Of a DNA stretch of 64,000 bases, positions 1-11,400 are shown piece by piece (position 1 is the stretch's first letter; each line of letters starts with the position of its first letter). Origin of the DNA: Pavona decussata (lineage: Eukaryota). The translations under genes were made by a program, and so were the position numbers. The stretch lies in contig CDRNST010000178.1 of the NCBI GenBank assembly GCA_977016875.1, forward strand, positions 868,001 to 932,000, given 5' to 3'. The notes beneath the pieces were generated by a model. The model did no database searches. It worked only from the letters and a program-made list of their open reading frames with translations, and was not told the DNA's origin.

Positions 1-107
1 TGGGGGTGGTGACTTAAAAATTAATTAAGAGTCAATGTTTTATTAACCTTGAAACTTATGAACACTATGAAGTATATAAAATAATTAATTTTATCATTGT
101 GACATAC

Positions 108-3100
108 AGTTGCCTTGGTCTCAACACAGTCATCCCAAAATCTGCTGGCAGAAAACTTCCGTCTTAGAGCTATTGTGTTTCCATGGACAAGGCAAGATCC
201 AACCCCCAAGGCACCCCCAGCAGTGTGATATAAAGGCAATGTGTTGTATATGACGTCTTCAGGGGTCACAGAGAACACGTGAGGAACTGTTGCATATGCG
301 AAATACCTGAAATATTTGCAATTCAATCAATCAGTATACTAACTATCAATCAGTCAGTCAGTTAGTCTTTACTGCATGACCACCATCTAATTTTTTCTTA
401 CTTGATCAAACATATTGGTCATGAGAAGGAAGGGAATGATGATCACCACAGGCAAAATACCTTCAGTTGATATTTAGACAAATTCTCCCAGCTAGGTTCA
501 TAAAAATACAAACAGGACAGTGAGGAGAATAATTCTCCTACATATTTTAGCTTAAAGGGAATAGCTTGGAAGCTTGGATATATAAAAAAAGTGCCATTGA
601 ATATCTTAGGGCCAAATATTCACATCTGCCAATAGTTGGGTGGGGTTCTCTTAAATTGAGCTTGGGCTGCCTGTGGCTAGGTCTGAGTGAGCCTGTTCCT
701 GCAAGATGCTACTGTACTCTGTGCAGAAGCCTCTGGCTAGGCTAGATTTATGAACACTGAACTGACATTAAATGAGACTGTGCTTGAGCACTGAGCATAT
801 TTAATTTGTGTATGACTTTGAATTTGAGCACCACTTTAGTTATGGTTAAGGAACTCTAGCTGTGGGAGGGGGTGGAAGGAGAACTTGAAGGATATTTGGC
901 CAGCACCCTATGCACAGTGAGTGTGCATATCCATATGTGTGACCTTACATGTGTTGTTCCCTATCAAATACATGACACCTCCAGTTATGTTCCCTAAAAG
1001 ACGAATGGATTTAAATCTATTTCTACACCCTGCCTTACTTTCTATTGGTAATGACGACAGGCTTTGGATATCCAGTTGTCCCTGATGTGTAGATATACAC
1101 CAAAGTATCTACAAGAAAATATTATGAAATAAAATAAGAATGAAACAAGAACATCAGTGATACATGCCTTCAATATGCATACCACTTTTTTGTTTTTACT
1201 GCATTTTGATGGCACTTTTTTGTTGACCATAACTGGACAGACTATGCATCCCCAAATAGAATCAGAAGCACACACCACACCTTGGACTTACAATCAAAAG
1301 TGAAATTAAATGTCCAAAAAGCTATAACCACCTGAAACTTTTTACACTATCCAACCTCAATGATTAACTAGGTCCTCTTGAAATATTCTGATCAATAAAA
1401 ATTATCAGAAAATTATGGCCAGCAAACAAACATTTACCTTTTGGTGACTTTGTATGATCAACAACAGGTGGGGTTAATGAACTTCTTTCTAGGTCCTTGA
1501 TCAAGCTTGAAGCTGTGATGTTTGTGCAAGGACCAGTTCCATAGTAATATAACTGCATATTCTCTGGTAAGCCGCCATGAATATCCTTGACTGCACCTGT
1601 GTTCAGAAAAGTAAAGCTTATGGTATGCAAAAAGCCAAAGAGCTAAATTTTTACTTACCATCATAAAAGCTCTAATAAGCTACTTTATTTTCGGGATTAA
1701 AAAAAGGAGTGGGAGAGGTTATCAAAGAGGGGGACTTGATAGAGAGAGCGTCGAGATGAGTTTAATTTTGGTGAAAATTTTTTCCAGTATGTTGGGAGTC
1801 AAAAATGATAGACAAGTATAATTAAGCATGTAAACCAAACAAGACATACAGGGAGGCCATATGATTATGAGTACATGCTGGGCTAGACTGCAGAATACCC
1901 AGCTGTTTCATTTAGCATACATAAAGCAAACTGTCTGGTTTTCTAAATCACCCTGTTTAGAGTGCCAATTGGAACATAAAGCCATAACCTCTGTCAATAT
2001 TTGACAGATTTCTATGAATTTTTGACACTTAGATGGTCTTGTGAAGATTAGCCTGCAGAGCAGGCGTTTTTGGGTGTATTCGAACGTGCGTTAGAAGGCC
2101 GCTATTTTGGATGTGTATAGAATTGGGACAAGTGAAGGAGGGGCGGGTGAGGGGCGTGGTTTTTCCCCTCCTCTCCCCCTCCTCTTTTTTTAACCTGTCG
2201 TCCTCTCCCTTGGAATCCTTTTGGCCTTGCCCCAACCCTCTTTCAGCTTTATCATCCAAGATGGCAGCATTCGTATCCTTTATCGTATCCCCAAATACGC
2301 CTGCTCTGCAGGCTATGTGAAGATCTGCTCTTTAAAAGGATGAAAATATAACCCCCTCCAATATGTGATATGGTTGACCACCCTCATAACGTTTCAACTT
2401 TTTTTTTCTAGCACTTGTTGGTCTTAAGATAAATTTCATATTAGTCAACATGTTGAGAACTGCAAAACAAGCTATAGTTAAGGGGTATACCTAGCTAATA
2501 TACACAAGGATCGGGAGATTTTGGAACAAATAAATTTTTGTGTTTTAAGCCCATTTATCTCAAAACCATAACTTTTCTGATTTATAATTATATCAGTTAT
2601 GGAATACCCCCATCAGTAAGCTTTAAATTAAAGTGGTATATAATACTTGGACATTGAGTTTGTAGTCTTGGATCTAGAAAATATGTTGTTTTGCCTTAGG
2701 GGTTAATTAAAGGCTTAACAGAAACATACCTGACAGGTCAGTACCAAATATAATAGCCCGAGCATCTGCCGCAGTTATGCAATGCCTCAGTGAATCAAGT
2801 CTAAGGTTGGTGTTGATAAGTGCAGTGATTACACCAAGTTTAGACAGACCCAGCCAAATACAAACAAACTCAGGACAGGATTCAAGAAAGAGCGCCACAA
2901 CATCTCCCTTCTTGTAACCCTGAGACTTGAAGTAATTTGCAATTCTGTTGGAGTAATCTTCAACATCTTGAAATGTCCATGTTTCCTGTTCAAAGATGAA
3001 GGCAGCCTTTTGTGGATGTTTGGCCACAGTTTGTCGAAAAATACCCGCCACTGTAACGCCATTCTTTGTAATTTTATTAAGCTTGAATTTAAAGGATGAA

Positions 3101-4325
3101 AGCAAGTAAATGCACCTGAAAAATAAATGAAATGATAATTAAAAATAAATTATAATTGATCACCAAGCTCTTCAATAAAGTGTCTAGTATAATAACACTA
3201 TATCCGCACAAAGACGGAAATGAGCTTAGCCAAATAAAACCAGTTAAAGACAAGAAAAATAAATACCTAAAATTACATACTTTAAATCCCAGAAAAGATG
3301 AAGCTACAAAAATTGGTTTCCAAAGTTGAGACGTGGAATCATTAAAACTGCCATCTTCGACAAGTCAGCTTGAAAACCTAATGAGCATCCTCTCGCCTAG
3401 CATGTCACGCAAACTTTGCACGGCGAAAATTTGTTTTATCATGCCCAATCTAATAAGAACTTGAATTATTGATTGAGGGATAAAACATCTCCATATACTG
3501 GGTATACCTTTGATCCGATCGATTTTGCCCTCGTGACAGAGGCTAAATGTTTTTGTTGACAAATGGAATCACGCTCAATAAGCCTGCTTACCACGCATTC
3601 ACTTTCTAAAACATTTTAAGCTTATATTAAAACATGACCTATCTCAGCCCTCGTTGTCAGATTCTAGCCGGAAGACTTAGCCAAATGATGTGATATGGGC
3701 TGGATTAGTCAGGAAATACTAGTCACTCGTGACGTGGATTGACTGTAATATGAACGCACCCATGGGTTGTTGCGAGACCACCTTCTTTGTCAACGAAAAC
3801 GACACTTGAACTCCACGCTATTTCAACTAAATGTAAGTACGTCGTGCTTATTCCAACTCGTTCAAATTGTACAATGTGGCCGAACAATCCAGGAACAAAA
3901 TTGGTAGGACAGGCGTTCAAAATGGAATAAGCCAAATGATCTTGTGATCACGCTCTCCCATTTGGCCATTTTACGTGCACCGGACAGCAAAGAAATGTAC
4001 CAAATTTAAAACGCAAGTACAGAGCGATTGTTTTTCCTCATTAATCCTATTGTTTTGCGGCGTTGTCGTTGCCGACGCCGTCGTCGTTGCTTACTGAGTT
4101 CGCCACTGTTTTCCTGTGTTTTGTTACGTACATGTTAAGTATGTCAGCTTACGTTGCCTACCTCAAATCACGAACCACTGTCCGAAAGAACACCCGAGGA
4201 AAAGACCTCCCTCTTGAAGCCAGAAAAACGACAAACAAAAGAACAGGGAACAGGACCCAAGGAAGCTGGGTGTAGTATACAAGAAATGAAATACCGGCCA
4301 CCACTACTGCCCAAGTGTACGCCAT
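108..4325 (-). CDS. SLC27A4: Long-chain fatty acid transport protein (FATP, SLC27A1/4-like), copy A; 3' end lies beyond the left edge of the window
   Basis: Five GT-AG exons in phase: 4162-4325, 2730-3115, 1438-1596, 1039-1108, 108-306. Hydrophobic N-terminus [18 protein letters not shown]; [36 protein letters not shown]; AMP-binding motif [12 protein letters not shown]; LPLYH...RKFSASRFWDDC. SLC27A1 versus SLC27A4 orthology cannot be resolved. Confidence 0.93.
2049..2315. mobile_element. MITE with TAG..CTA termini and 9-bp TSD (AcademH-like)
   Basis: TIR TAGCCTGCAGAGCAGGCGT(T/A)TTTGGG; TGTGAAGAT duplicated at 2040-2048 and 2316-2324. Confidence 0.8.
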
Positions 4326-4345
4326 TGCTCAGATTTAGTCAGTCA

Positions 4346-4460
4346 CCCTCGGAAACCCAGGGGCAGTCAGTCGGGGGCGGACGAAATGACGCGACGAAAG
4401 TTTTCAAGAACGTCGCGCTATTTCGTCCGCTCCCGACTGACTGCTCCTGGATCTCCGAGG
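4346..4460. mobile_element. Palindromic MITE ~20 bp upstream of the FATP-A start codon
   Basis: Arms CCTCGGA.ACCCAGGGGCAGTCAGTCGGG.GCGGACGAAAT and ATTTCGTCCGC.CCCGACTGACTGC.CCTGG.TCTCCGAGG; related ends at ~5193 and ~5870. Confidence 0.7.
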
Positions 4461-4478
4461 ATTCGGTTGACTTATCAC

Positions 4479-5082
4479 CCCCCTCGGGGGGGTGGGGGGG
4501 GGGGGTACTCCCTATATGGGCTTTACGGGGAGTTGCCGCTGGATAGGGTATGGTTTTTAGCCCCTTTGTCCTGAACAGGGTATATAATTTCGAGCGAGTC
4601 TGTCCCGGACCCGTCCTAGACAGGGTATGGTTGCAAGACTGTCATCGAGTATTTGGCAATGCGAAATCAGAGACGTTAGTCTGCATTTATTTTAGTGAAC
4701 AATGCTTCACGTCAATTGAGTTTCCACTTAAGGTTCACCGCTGTTAATGCAAAATTTTGGGATTTTTCGCCATCACTTCTAGGAAGTGTATTATTTTATC
4801 TGTTGTGATTGGTATTCGCGTTTCAATGCGTGGAAAATCACGTCCGGTAAGAGACAGTGGGCCTTTATATGGTATTGCTATTACCAATGAACACTTGTGT
4901 AACACAAGAGCTAGATGTTGTCCTCTGTCTTAAATAGGGTCTTAAAATTGAGGACATTGTTCTACACAGGGTAGGTATTTAAGGTTATTTTCGTCCTAAA
5001 CAGGGTGAGGGTTTCAAACCCCCAGCGGCACCCCTATACCCAAACATGGGTCAAGTGCAAGTGCCCCCCCCCCCCCCCCGGG
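4479..5082. mobile_element. Non-autonomous DNA element with CCCGGG/poly-G termini and 7-8-bp TSD
   Basis: CTTATCAC at 4471-4478 and 5083-5090; G-run then TACTCCC at the left end, C-run then CGGG at the right end; internal (AA)(C/T)AGGGTAT repeats. Confidence 0.75.
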
Positions 5083-5359
5083 CTTATCACGTTGATCATC
5101 ATATCGGTTTAATCTCTTTCTCAAAGTCGCTCGCAAGAGCTCTGACGATCACGCTCTCTGAGCTCGACTCGTAAGCAAGTCTTACCATCTGTCATCCTCG
5201 GATGCGGTCAGTATATCTATTAAAATTGATTACTGTATACATTTAGACTGTATGATTCAACTCTCATATATGAAGATACAGGAATGTGGTCAGCGGTATT
5301 AGACATAATAATTGACCAAAGTTTAAAATCTCATTGATGTCCTGGTGAGATAGTCTATG

Positions 5360-5835
5360 CAGTCAAACCTCCCGTAAGCGACCACCCAAAATGTCAAGCC
5401 TAGGTGGTCGCTTACGGGACGTGGTCGCTTACGAGAAGTCAGACCACAAGGGGCCTAAATTTGAACTCATTAGCATAAGGTGACTCCATAGATTTAGCAG
5501 CCAAAAAAAGGTAACGTTTTTAAACTTTCCAAAATTATATTGCAAAAGAATTTCAGTATCCAAGTTCATACCTAACACGGCGAATGGGATAAGTCTATTT
5601 CGGGAAACCCGGTTCCTCCGATTGTGACATTCATGTCCCCTCAACTACCCAAGAATTTACATGTGACTGTTACAAAGGCAAATTGCCCACCTTCCGACAG
5701 GGGATAGATATGAGGTCGTATGTGACAAGTGGTCGCTTACGGGAGGTCCGAAAACAAAAGAAAATTGAAATTGTCATCTCTAAAAGTGGTCGCGGTCGCC
5801 TACGAGAGGTGGTCGCTTACGAGAGGTTCCAACTA
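5360..5835. mobile_element. Tc1/mariner-type MITE
   Basis: Ends CAGTCAAACCTCCCGTAAGCGACCAC and GTGGTCGCTTACGAGAGGTTCCAACT; several subterminal GTGGTCGCTTACG repeats. Confidence 0.65.
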
Positions 5836-5869
5836 TAAGGGCCCTGACTGCCCCTTGGTATCCGAGGAT

Positions 5870-6100
5870 GGGGGCATTGGTGAGAGCACTCGCCTCTTAC
5901 CAATGTGGACTGTGTTTGGTCGCCGGAGTCGCGCCATATGTGGGTTCAGTACTGGGAGAAAAAAGCTCTCGGACCCTGTCTCAAAACCAACATTTCCAAA
6001 TTCCAATTCAATGTAGAGAGCGTCCCCCAACTAGTGCTCTGTGTTAAATATAGTGACACTAAAATAAAGTGACTTATTTATTCTTTATTTTATTTGGTTA
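5870..6100 (+). mobile_element. Degenerate tRNA-derived SINE
   Basis: A-box-like GGCATTGGTGAGAGCACTCGCCTC..ACCAATGTGG head, body AAAACCAACATTTCCAAATTCCAATTC, (TTTAT)n-like tail. Confidence 0.55.
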
Positions 6101-6368
6101 CATTTCCAAGCAGGGCAAAGTCTAGCCTGCAGGTGGTCTCCCACGCGTGAACCGTTATTAGGGTCGTCACGCAATGCTTCTCTCCTCACCATTTGCAGTG
6201 AAAAGAAGCGTTAATTGCATAACGACTCTAATAACGGCTGCAGCTGCGTAGGAGACTATTCTTAATGCTAAAATACTCACAAAATCAGCCGTGCGCAATT
6301 TTGTACCTGTTCAAAACACCCCCTGTTGATAGTCCATTACTGGATGGCTCCTGTGTTTGCTTATTTAA

Positions 6369-6781
6369 GGACGGTGCCTACTTTTGTTACTGCGCATACG
6401 TTCTGCACATCTCGAGATACTCGATTTTCCTATGGGTGGTGCCTACTAATACAGGAATATTTTTGCGCGGTTTAAAACTATGTGGAGAAAGCAGAACTTA
6501 GCAAGTGCTTTCGGTATCCACAAAGAAAATAGGGGGTAACCATGCATTTTTCAGAGATGTTAAATAAAGCTTCAATTTTGAAAGAAAAAAAAAAACGAAC
6601 GCCATACATTGCTTTTGTATTTTACTGCTTTTTAATTGCATAATTGTTACTTATTTACCTCTTAAAAATGAGTGGTTACTCCCAATTTTCTTTTTGGATT
6701 CCAAGAGCCCTTGCCAAGATCTACTTTTCCCGCACAGTAATAAACGGCGCAAAAAAACTTCAGTATTAGTAGGCGTCGTCC
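6369..6781. mobile_element. Kolobok-type MITE (TTAA TSD); related copies at ~12802-13240, ~13514-13838 and ~22163-22530
   Basis: TTAA|GGACGGTGCCTACT ... AGTAGGCGTCGTCC|TTAA; the internal sequence is shared by the three other copies. Confidence 0.72.
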
Positions 6782-6829
6782 TTAAGTAAATTGTGACCTT
6801 CTTTGGGAAAACGTACACTAACGATATTC

Positions 6830-7070
6830 TGTTAAACGGTCTAGGCCGTTAGCTATCCGTTAGTCATCCGTTAGATAAATTAATGAAAACCGTTAGAGGC
6901 GTTAGTCAATCCGTTAACATCTAATCCGTAACCGTTAGAGCGTTAGTTGAATCCGTTAGAGCTTTAGATGTATCCGTTAGAACGTTAGATGTATCCGTGA
7001 GAACGTTAGTTCTATCCGTTAGAGGCGTTTTGCAGTCCGTTAGTCTGTTAGTTAGTCGTGTCCGTGATTA
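6830..7070. repeat. Degenerate tandem array of (TC)CGTTAG motifs
   Basis: Many CGTTAG/CCGTTA units with irregular short spacers. Confidence 0.8.
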
Positions 7071-7654
7071 TTATTCTGGTTCTTTTCGCCTCTTTACCCG
7101 GTAGAATATTACTTACCCTCCCTCCTCCCCTTCGGCAACTTTCCGCCTTGCCTTCCTCATTGTCTTGCGGCCGGATAGTAAAGTACCTCTTCCAGCCCTC
7201 TATTTTCATTGGTCCCCTAGTACTGTAGCTCCCATTGTTTTCTGCGGGGGATCCATTGTTCCCAACCAATGACCTATTGTTTCGTTCTCCAATCACAGAC
7301 CTAGTCTGGATAGCTACTGTCTCTTGCGACCTCGTGCCTAGACTAAATTTTGCCTCCCATATCTTAATATTCCACTATTAAAGACAGCGAGGATGGTTTA
7401 CGAACCTGTGTGAAGCCTTCTCCTATTTCCTACGCAGGACGCAGGCTTGACAAACTGGTTTAACCAGGGCGCAGAGAAGAATAAACTGCGCCCTGGTTTA
7501 ACCCGCAAGGCTCTATCACGTTTTGCCTCTTAAACCATTCCCGCGGAAAACGCAAAAGGAAAAATTTTAGCGAGCGAAGAAAAAAGAGGAAACAAAAACG
7601 GTGCTAAAATTAGGAAAGAAAAAGAAGCAAAGCCGATACAACGTAGAATTGAAT

Positions 7655-7698
7655 TGTACAATATTTCAGCTGGCCCATACCAGCCTTCTTCAGGTACA
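7655..7698 (-). ncRNA. Minimal type I hammerhead ribozyme motif (Penelope/retrozyme type)
   Basis: Minus strand reads UGUAC-CUGAAGA-A-GGCUGG-UAUGGG-CCAGCU-GAA-AUAU-U-GUACA. Core CUGAnGA...GAAA is present, stem I is UGUAC/GUACA, stem II has 6 bp, minimal helix III is the palindrome AUAU, and the cleavage triplet is AUU. Confidence 0.72.
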
Positions 7699-7828
7699 GT
7701 GGAAAATGCAAAACAGTGACATGTGCACGTCATATATATGATAGTACGCACGTGATATATACGATAACTTACACGCGTGACATATATGATAGTACGCACG
7801 TGATAAACATGAATAATTGTTCCTTCAA

Positions 7829-8048
7829 GGGTATATTATGAATCCAGAACATGACCAGCTCCCAGTTGGCTTGATAGCTCAGTTGGTAGTGCACTGCACC
7901 GACATCGCAGAGGTCATGGGTTCAAACCCCGTTCAAGCCTGAAATGTTTTCAGGTTTTTTCTGCAACAGTTTGGTTGCGTAAATAACTGCGAAAATCCTT
8001 TCTCTATATGCACTGCATCCGCAGTGCGTATATCATGTTTCATATATA
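7829..8048 (+). repeat. tRNA-containing dispersed repeat (cloverleaf at 7868-7940); decayed copies at ~24824-24965, ~21720-22080 (minus, interrupted) and ~24030-24125
   Basis: GGCTTGATAGCTCAGTTGGTAGTGCACTGCACCGACATCGCAGAGGTCATGGGTTCAAACCCCGTTCAAGCCT, with flanks shared by the other copies. Confidence 0.75.
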
Positions 8049-8066
8049 GGCACATATAACAGTCAG

Positions 8067-8305
8067 GGCCCGGTTGTTCGAAAGCCGATTAACGCTTATC
8101 CACGATTAAAAGTTAATCGAGGTTTTCATCTCACTCGTTAAGAATGGGTTTGAAGGCTAACGTCAAGCTAAAGGTAAAGAAAAGTGTAAGGCAATACCGA
8201 AGGACAAAAATCTTTTGGGAGAATCTTTATTGATTTATAATTAAACTCGAATCAAAGTCCACGTTAAACCAGGATTAGCTTAATCGACCTTCGAACAACT
8301 GGACC
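8067..8305. mobile_element. Harbinger-type MITE with CWG TSD
   Basis: CAG|GGCCCGGTTGTTCGAA ... TTCGAACAACTGGACC|CAG. Confidence 0.7.
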
Positions 8306-8435
8306 CAGATTGCTATTTTTCTGCTCTTTCCTACATGCACGACACCTACTCCTTCTAATGCGGGGCGGATTTGAGAATTCCAGATCGTCGGGAATAATTG
8401 TAGGTGAGTTTAATACGCAAAACTATTGCCTCTTG

Positions 8436-11400
8436 CTACATTCGGATTTTACCGGAGTTAATTTTAGCATATTTGTCTTCATCCAGCACAAGATACTTCC
8501 CTACTTTGGCATCATAATAAAACAGTTTATCTTGTACAGCTCCTACGTTAAATCCCTCTTCTCGCAACGTGTTCTTCTGAAGTTTGAATGTTCCTGTAAC
8601 AGTTACACTGTCAACAATTCTCAGGAAAATAGGACGAGCATAACGTGGCAGTTGCTCTTTTAATCCTTGGATGAGTGCGCTCAAATCTATGCCTGCGTTG
8701 TCAGGATCAACAATAGCAGCCATCCCTGCCCTTCCTTCAGTACCTGGAACTCTGACACCATAAACGACGACATCACGCAGACCCAGTAGCTTACTCATCA
8801 TTGCCTCGACTTCAGCTGTGGACACATTCTCTCCTTGCCAGCGGAATGTGTCCCCAATGCGGTCAACAAAATAAACATAGCCATACTCATCTGTGACAAG
8901 AAGGTCACCAGTGAGGAAATAAGAGTCTCCTTGCTTGAAAATGTTATGGCCAATTTTCTTCGATGTTTCCCTTGAATTCACATATCCGGAAAATTTGTAG
9001 TTAAATGAGTTCGCTGAAATGAAAAATAGGCAATGGCATTTCTTTTATTGCCGATAAAATCATAATGTTCATACCTAATCAGTGTGTAAGACTTGCTACG
9101 CTTTTAAATCAAAATGTACAGACAGCGATTCGCAATCTAAATTTGACTCAGGGCTCCTAGGGTCCTCATATTAACATACCTCTGAGATCTGAATGGCAAA
9201 CAAGGGTGCAAAATGTCCAATGCATTGCCTGGAGAAAAGTTTATCTTCAGTCTTGAATTGAGTTGAGTTGAGCTGAGCTGTATTTCTAGCGCATCTTTTT
9301 TTGCGTAAACATAATATTGTTGTAAATGCTAGCACTCGCAAATGAATAAATTGAAACGCTAAATAATAATAGGAAGCTTAAGCAACGACGACGACAACGG
9401 CAAAGAAAACGCCACCTGAAAATATATCTTTATTTTATTCGTTCTACTTCGCAATTATTTCAACTTGCTCAACTTTTACAAAACTGGCGAACTATCCAGG
9501 AGCCAAATTGGTAAGAGTGGCGTACAAGTTAAGAAAGAAAGTGAAAAATTCACCGTCATGCGTTCACGTTCTCCACAAAACCTTAAATGTGGTCATTTCA
9601 CGTTGTTGTGTTTTGCAGAGGACGGCAAAGAAATGTACCAAAATGTAAAACGCACGTGCAAAGCGATTGTTTTTGCTCATTAAACCTGTTGTTTTGCGGC
9701 GTTGTCGTTGCCGTCGTCCATACTAGGTTGATTGCACGTTACGTCACGGCGGCCATGTTGGTGGTTAGGAACAATAAGAATTTTCTCCTCTGGCCCCAGT
9801 TGTTCAAAGGCCGGATAACTTTATCCGCTGGATAAGGCACTATTCAGGGTCTTAAATATACTTCACATTAAACGTTGTCCAAGGTTTTCGTACACTCCCA
9901 AACTTAACTGTGGTTAGAGTGTGCATATTCGCCTGTACAAGAGGAAATACTGAAATCTTTGCACAGATTGAAACTGACGGATAGTGACTTATCCACAGGA
10001 TAAAGTTATCCGGCCTTTGAACAACTGGCCCCTGGGAGTTAACTTCCATTTTAATGCAAACCTAGTTGAGCAAATTTTCTTTTGTTTTGGCACCAACATG
10101 GCGGCAATGCAATCCGGCAACCTATACCATAAAAGCTCTTTTAAGCGCCCCGTTTGGAGATCAGTCATTTTTTAAATAATCCCCGTCTCTATCAAACCCT
10201 AGCCTCTCCTTTCCTTGTTAGAAAACACAATACTTAAAAATCTAAGCATACCAATCGCCAAAACAGCAGTCAGTTAGTCTACAGGATAACTAGGTCTTCA
10301 ACCAACATGCAGAAGGATTAAATTTTGTTATGGTAAGGGTGGCACTGCATTTGTGAGACAACCTGTGTAAACTCCCATGTTTCAGTTAGCTGCACGGCAA
10401 AATAATTAAATTTCATTAACTTTTTTCAAAACTCGTGACTCTAAATGAGCCTCCCCCTCCATTAAGCTCCCCTCTCTAATAAGCTTGCAAACCATTCAAC
10501 CAAGCGACTTTAAGACCAATTTGCTAGTCAATCTTAAAACATAGCTACAGTTCCACGTACTTTAATTTACAGGCTAAATGTATGTTGTCAGATTGTGAAC
10601 TAGCTGGTGCGTACCTTTCATTATCTTTCCAACTGCAAGACCAGGTTCTCCGGGCTGTGCAAGGATGGCCAGACCATCGTCGCCTCTCAGTAAATCACCA
10701 GTCACAGGATCCACTTTGATGAACTTTGATGGAAATAATCCTGGTAAAATAACTGATACAAAACCACAGGCACCTGGTGTGCTGTCAATGTTGAAAAATG
10801 CTACATTTCCTTCGGTTGAGCCATAATATTCTCCAATTTTGCTGATACCAAAACGAGACTGAAACTCGCGCCATATTTGAGGCCTCAATCCATTGCCAAT
10901 TGCAATACGCACCGAATGTTGCTTCTCAGACGGATGACGAGGTTGGGCCAAAAGATAGCGGCAAAGCTCCCCGATGTACTGAACGACCTGAAAAACGAAG
11001 GACAGGAAAAGTTCTGATTAAAAAATAGAACTGATGCAGTGACTAACAAATTTTGCAACAGTATGGTCATCAAGGAGACTAATATAACATTTTGCTTCCA
11101 TCCGAGCACCTAAGTAGAAAGCCTGAAAACGTCCTGTTCTCGTCACATGTATCACGCATAATTTTCAATATTGAATAGATACATTCGCATATATTAAGTT
11201 TCCTTTGCAGAAAATTTTGTGTCAGAGGCTTATTTTATTTTATTTTTTTATAGTAAGTAGTTAATTTATTGAACAAACTGAACATGTTATAACAAGTTAC
11301 TAATATTAAGTTATTGTGCACGTAGAAAAAGTGTTACAACATAGAACATAGATATCAGATAATGATCCTGTCTTGCCATACCAACATGTGTATAAAGCTA

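Noticed and set aside
6830-7070. CRISPR-like appearance of spaced repeats (also 25490-25700)
   Set aside because: Repeats are only 6-15 bp, spacers are irregular and self-similar, no cas genes, eukaryotic context.
7868-7940. Functional tRNA gene
   Set aside because: D-stem and anticodon-stem mismatches, C at position 33, and it is embedded in a multi-copy repeat; reported as a repeat instead.
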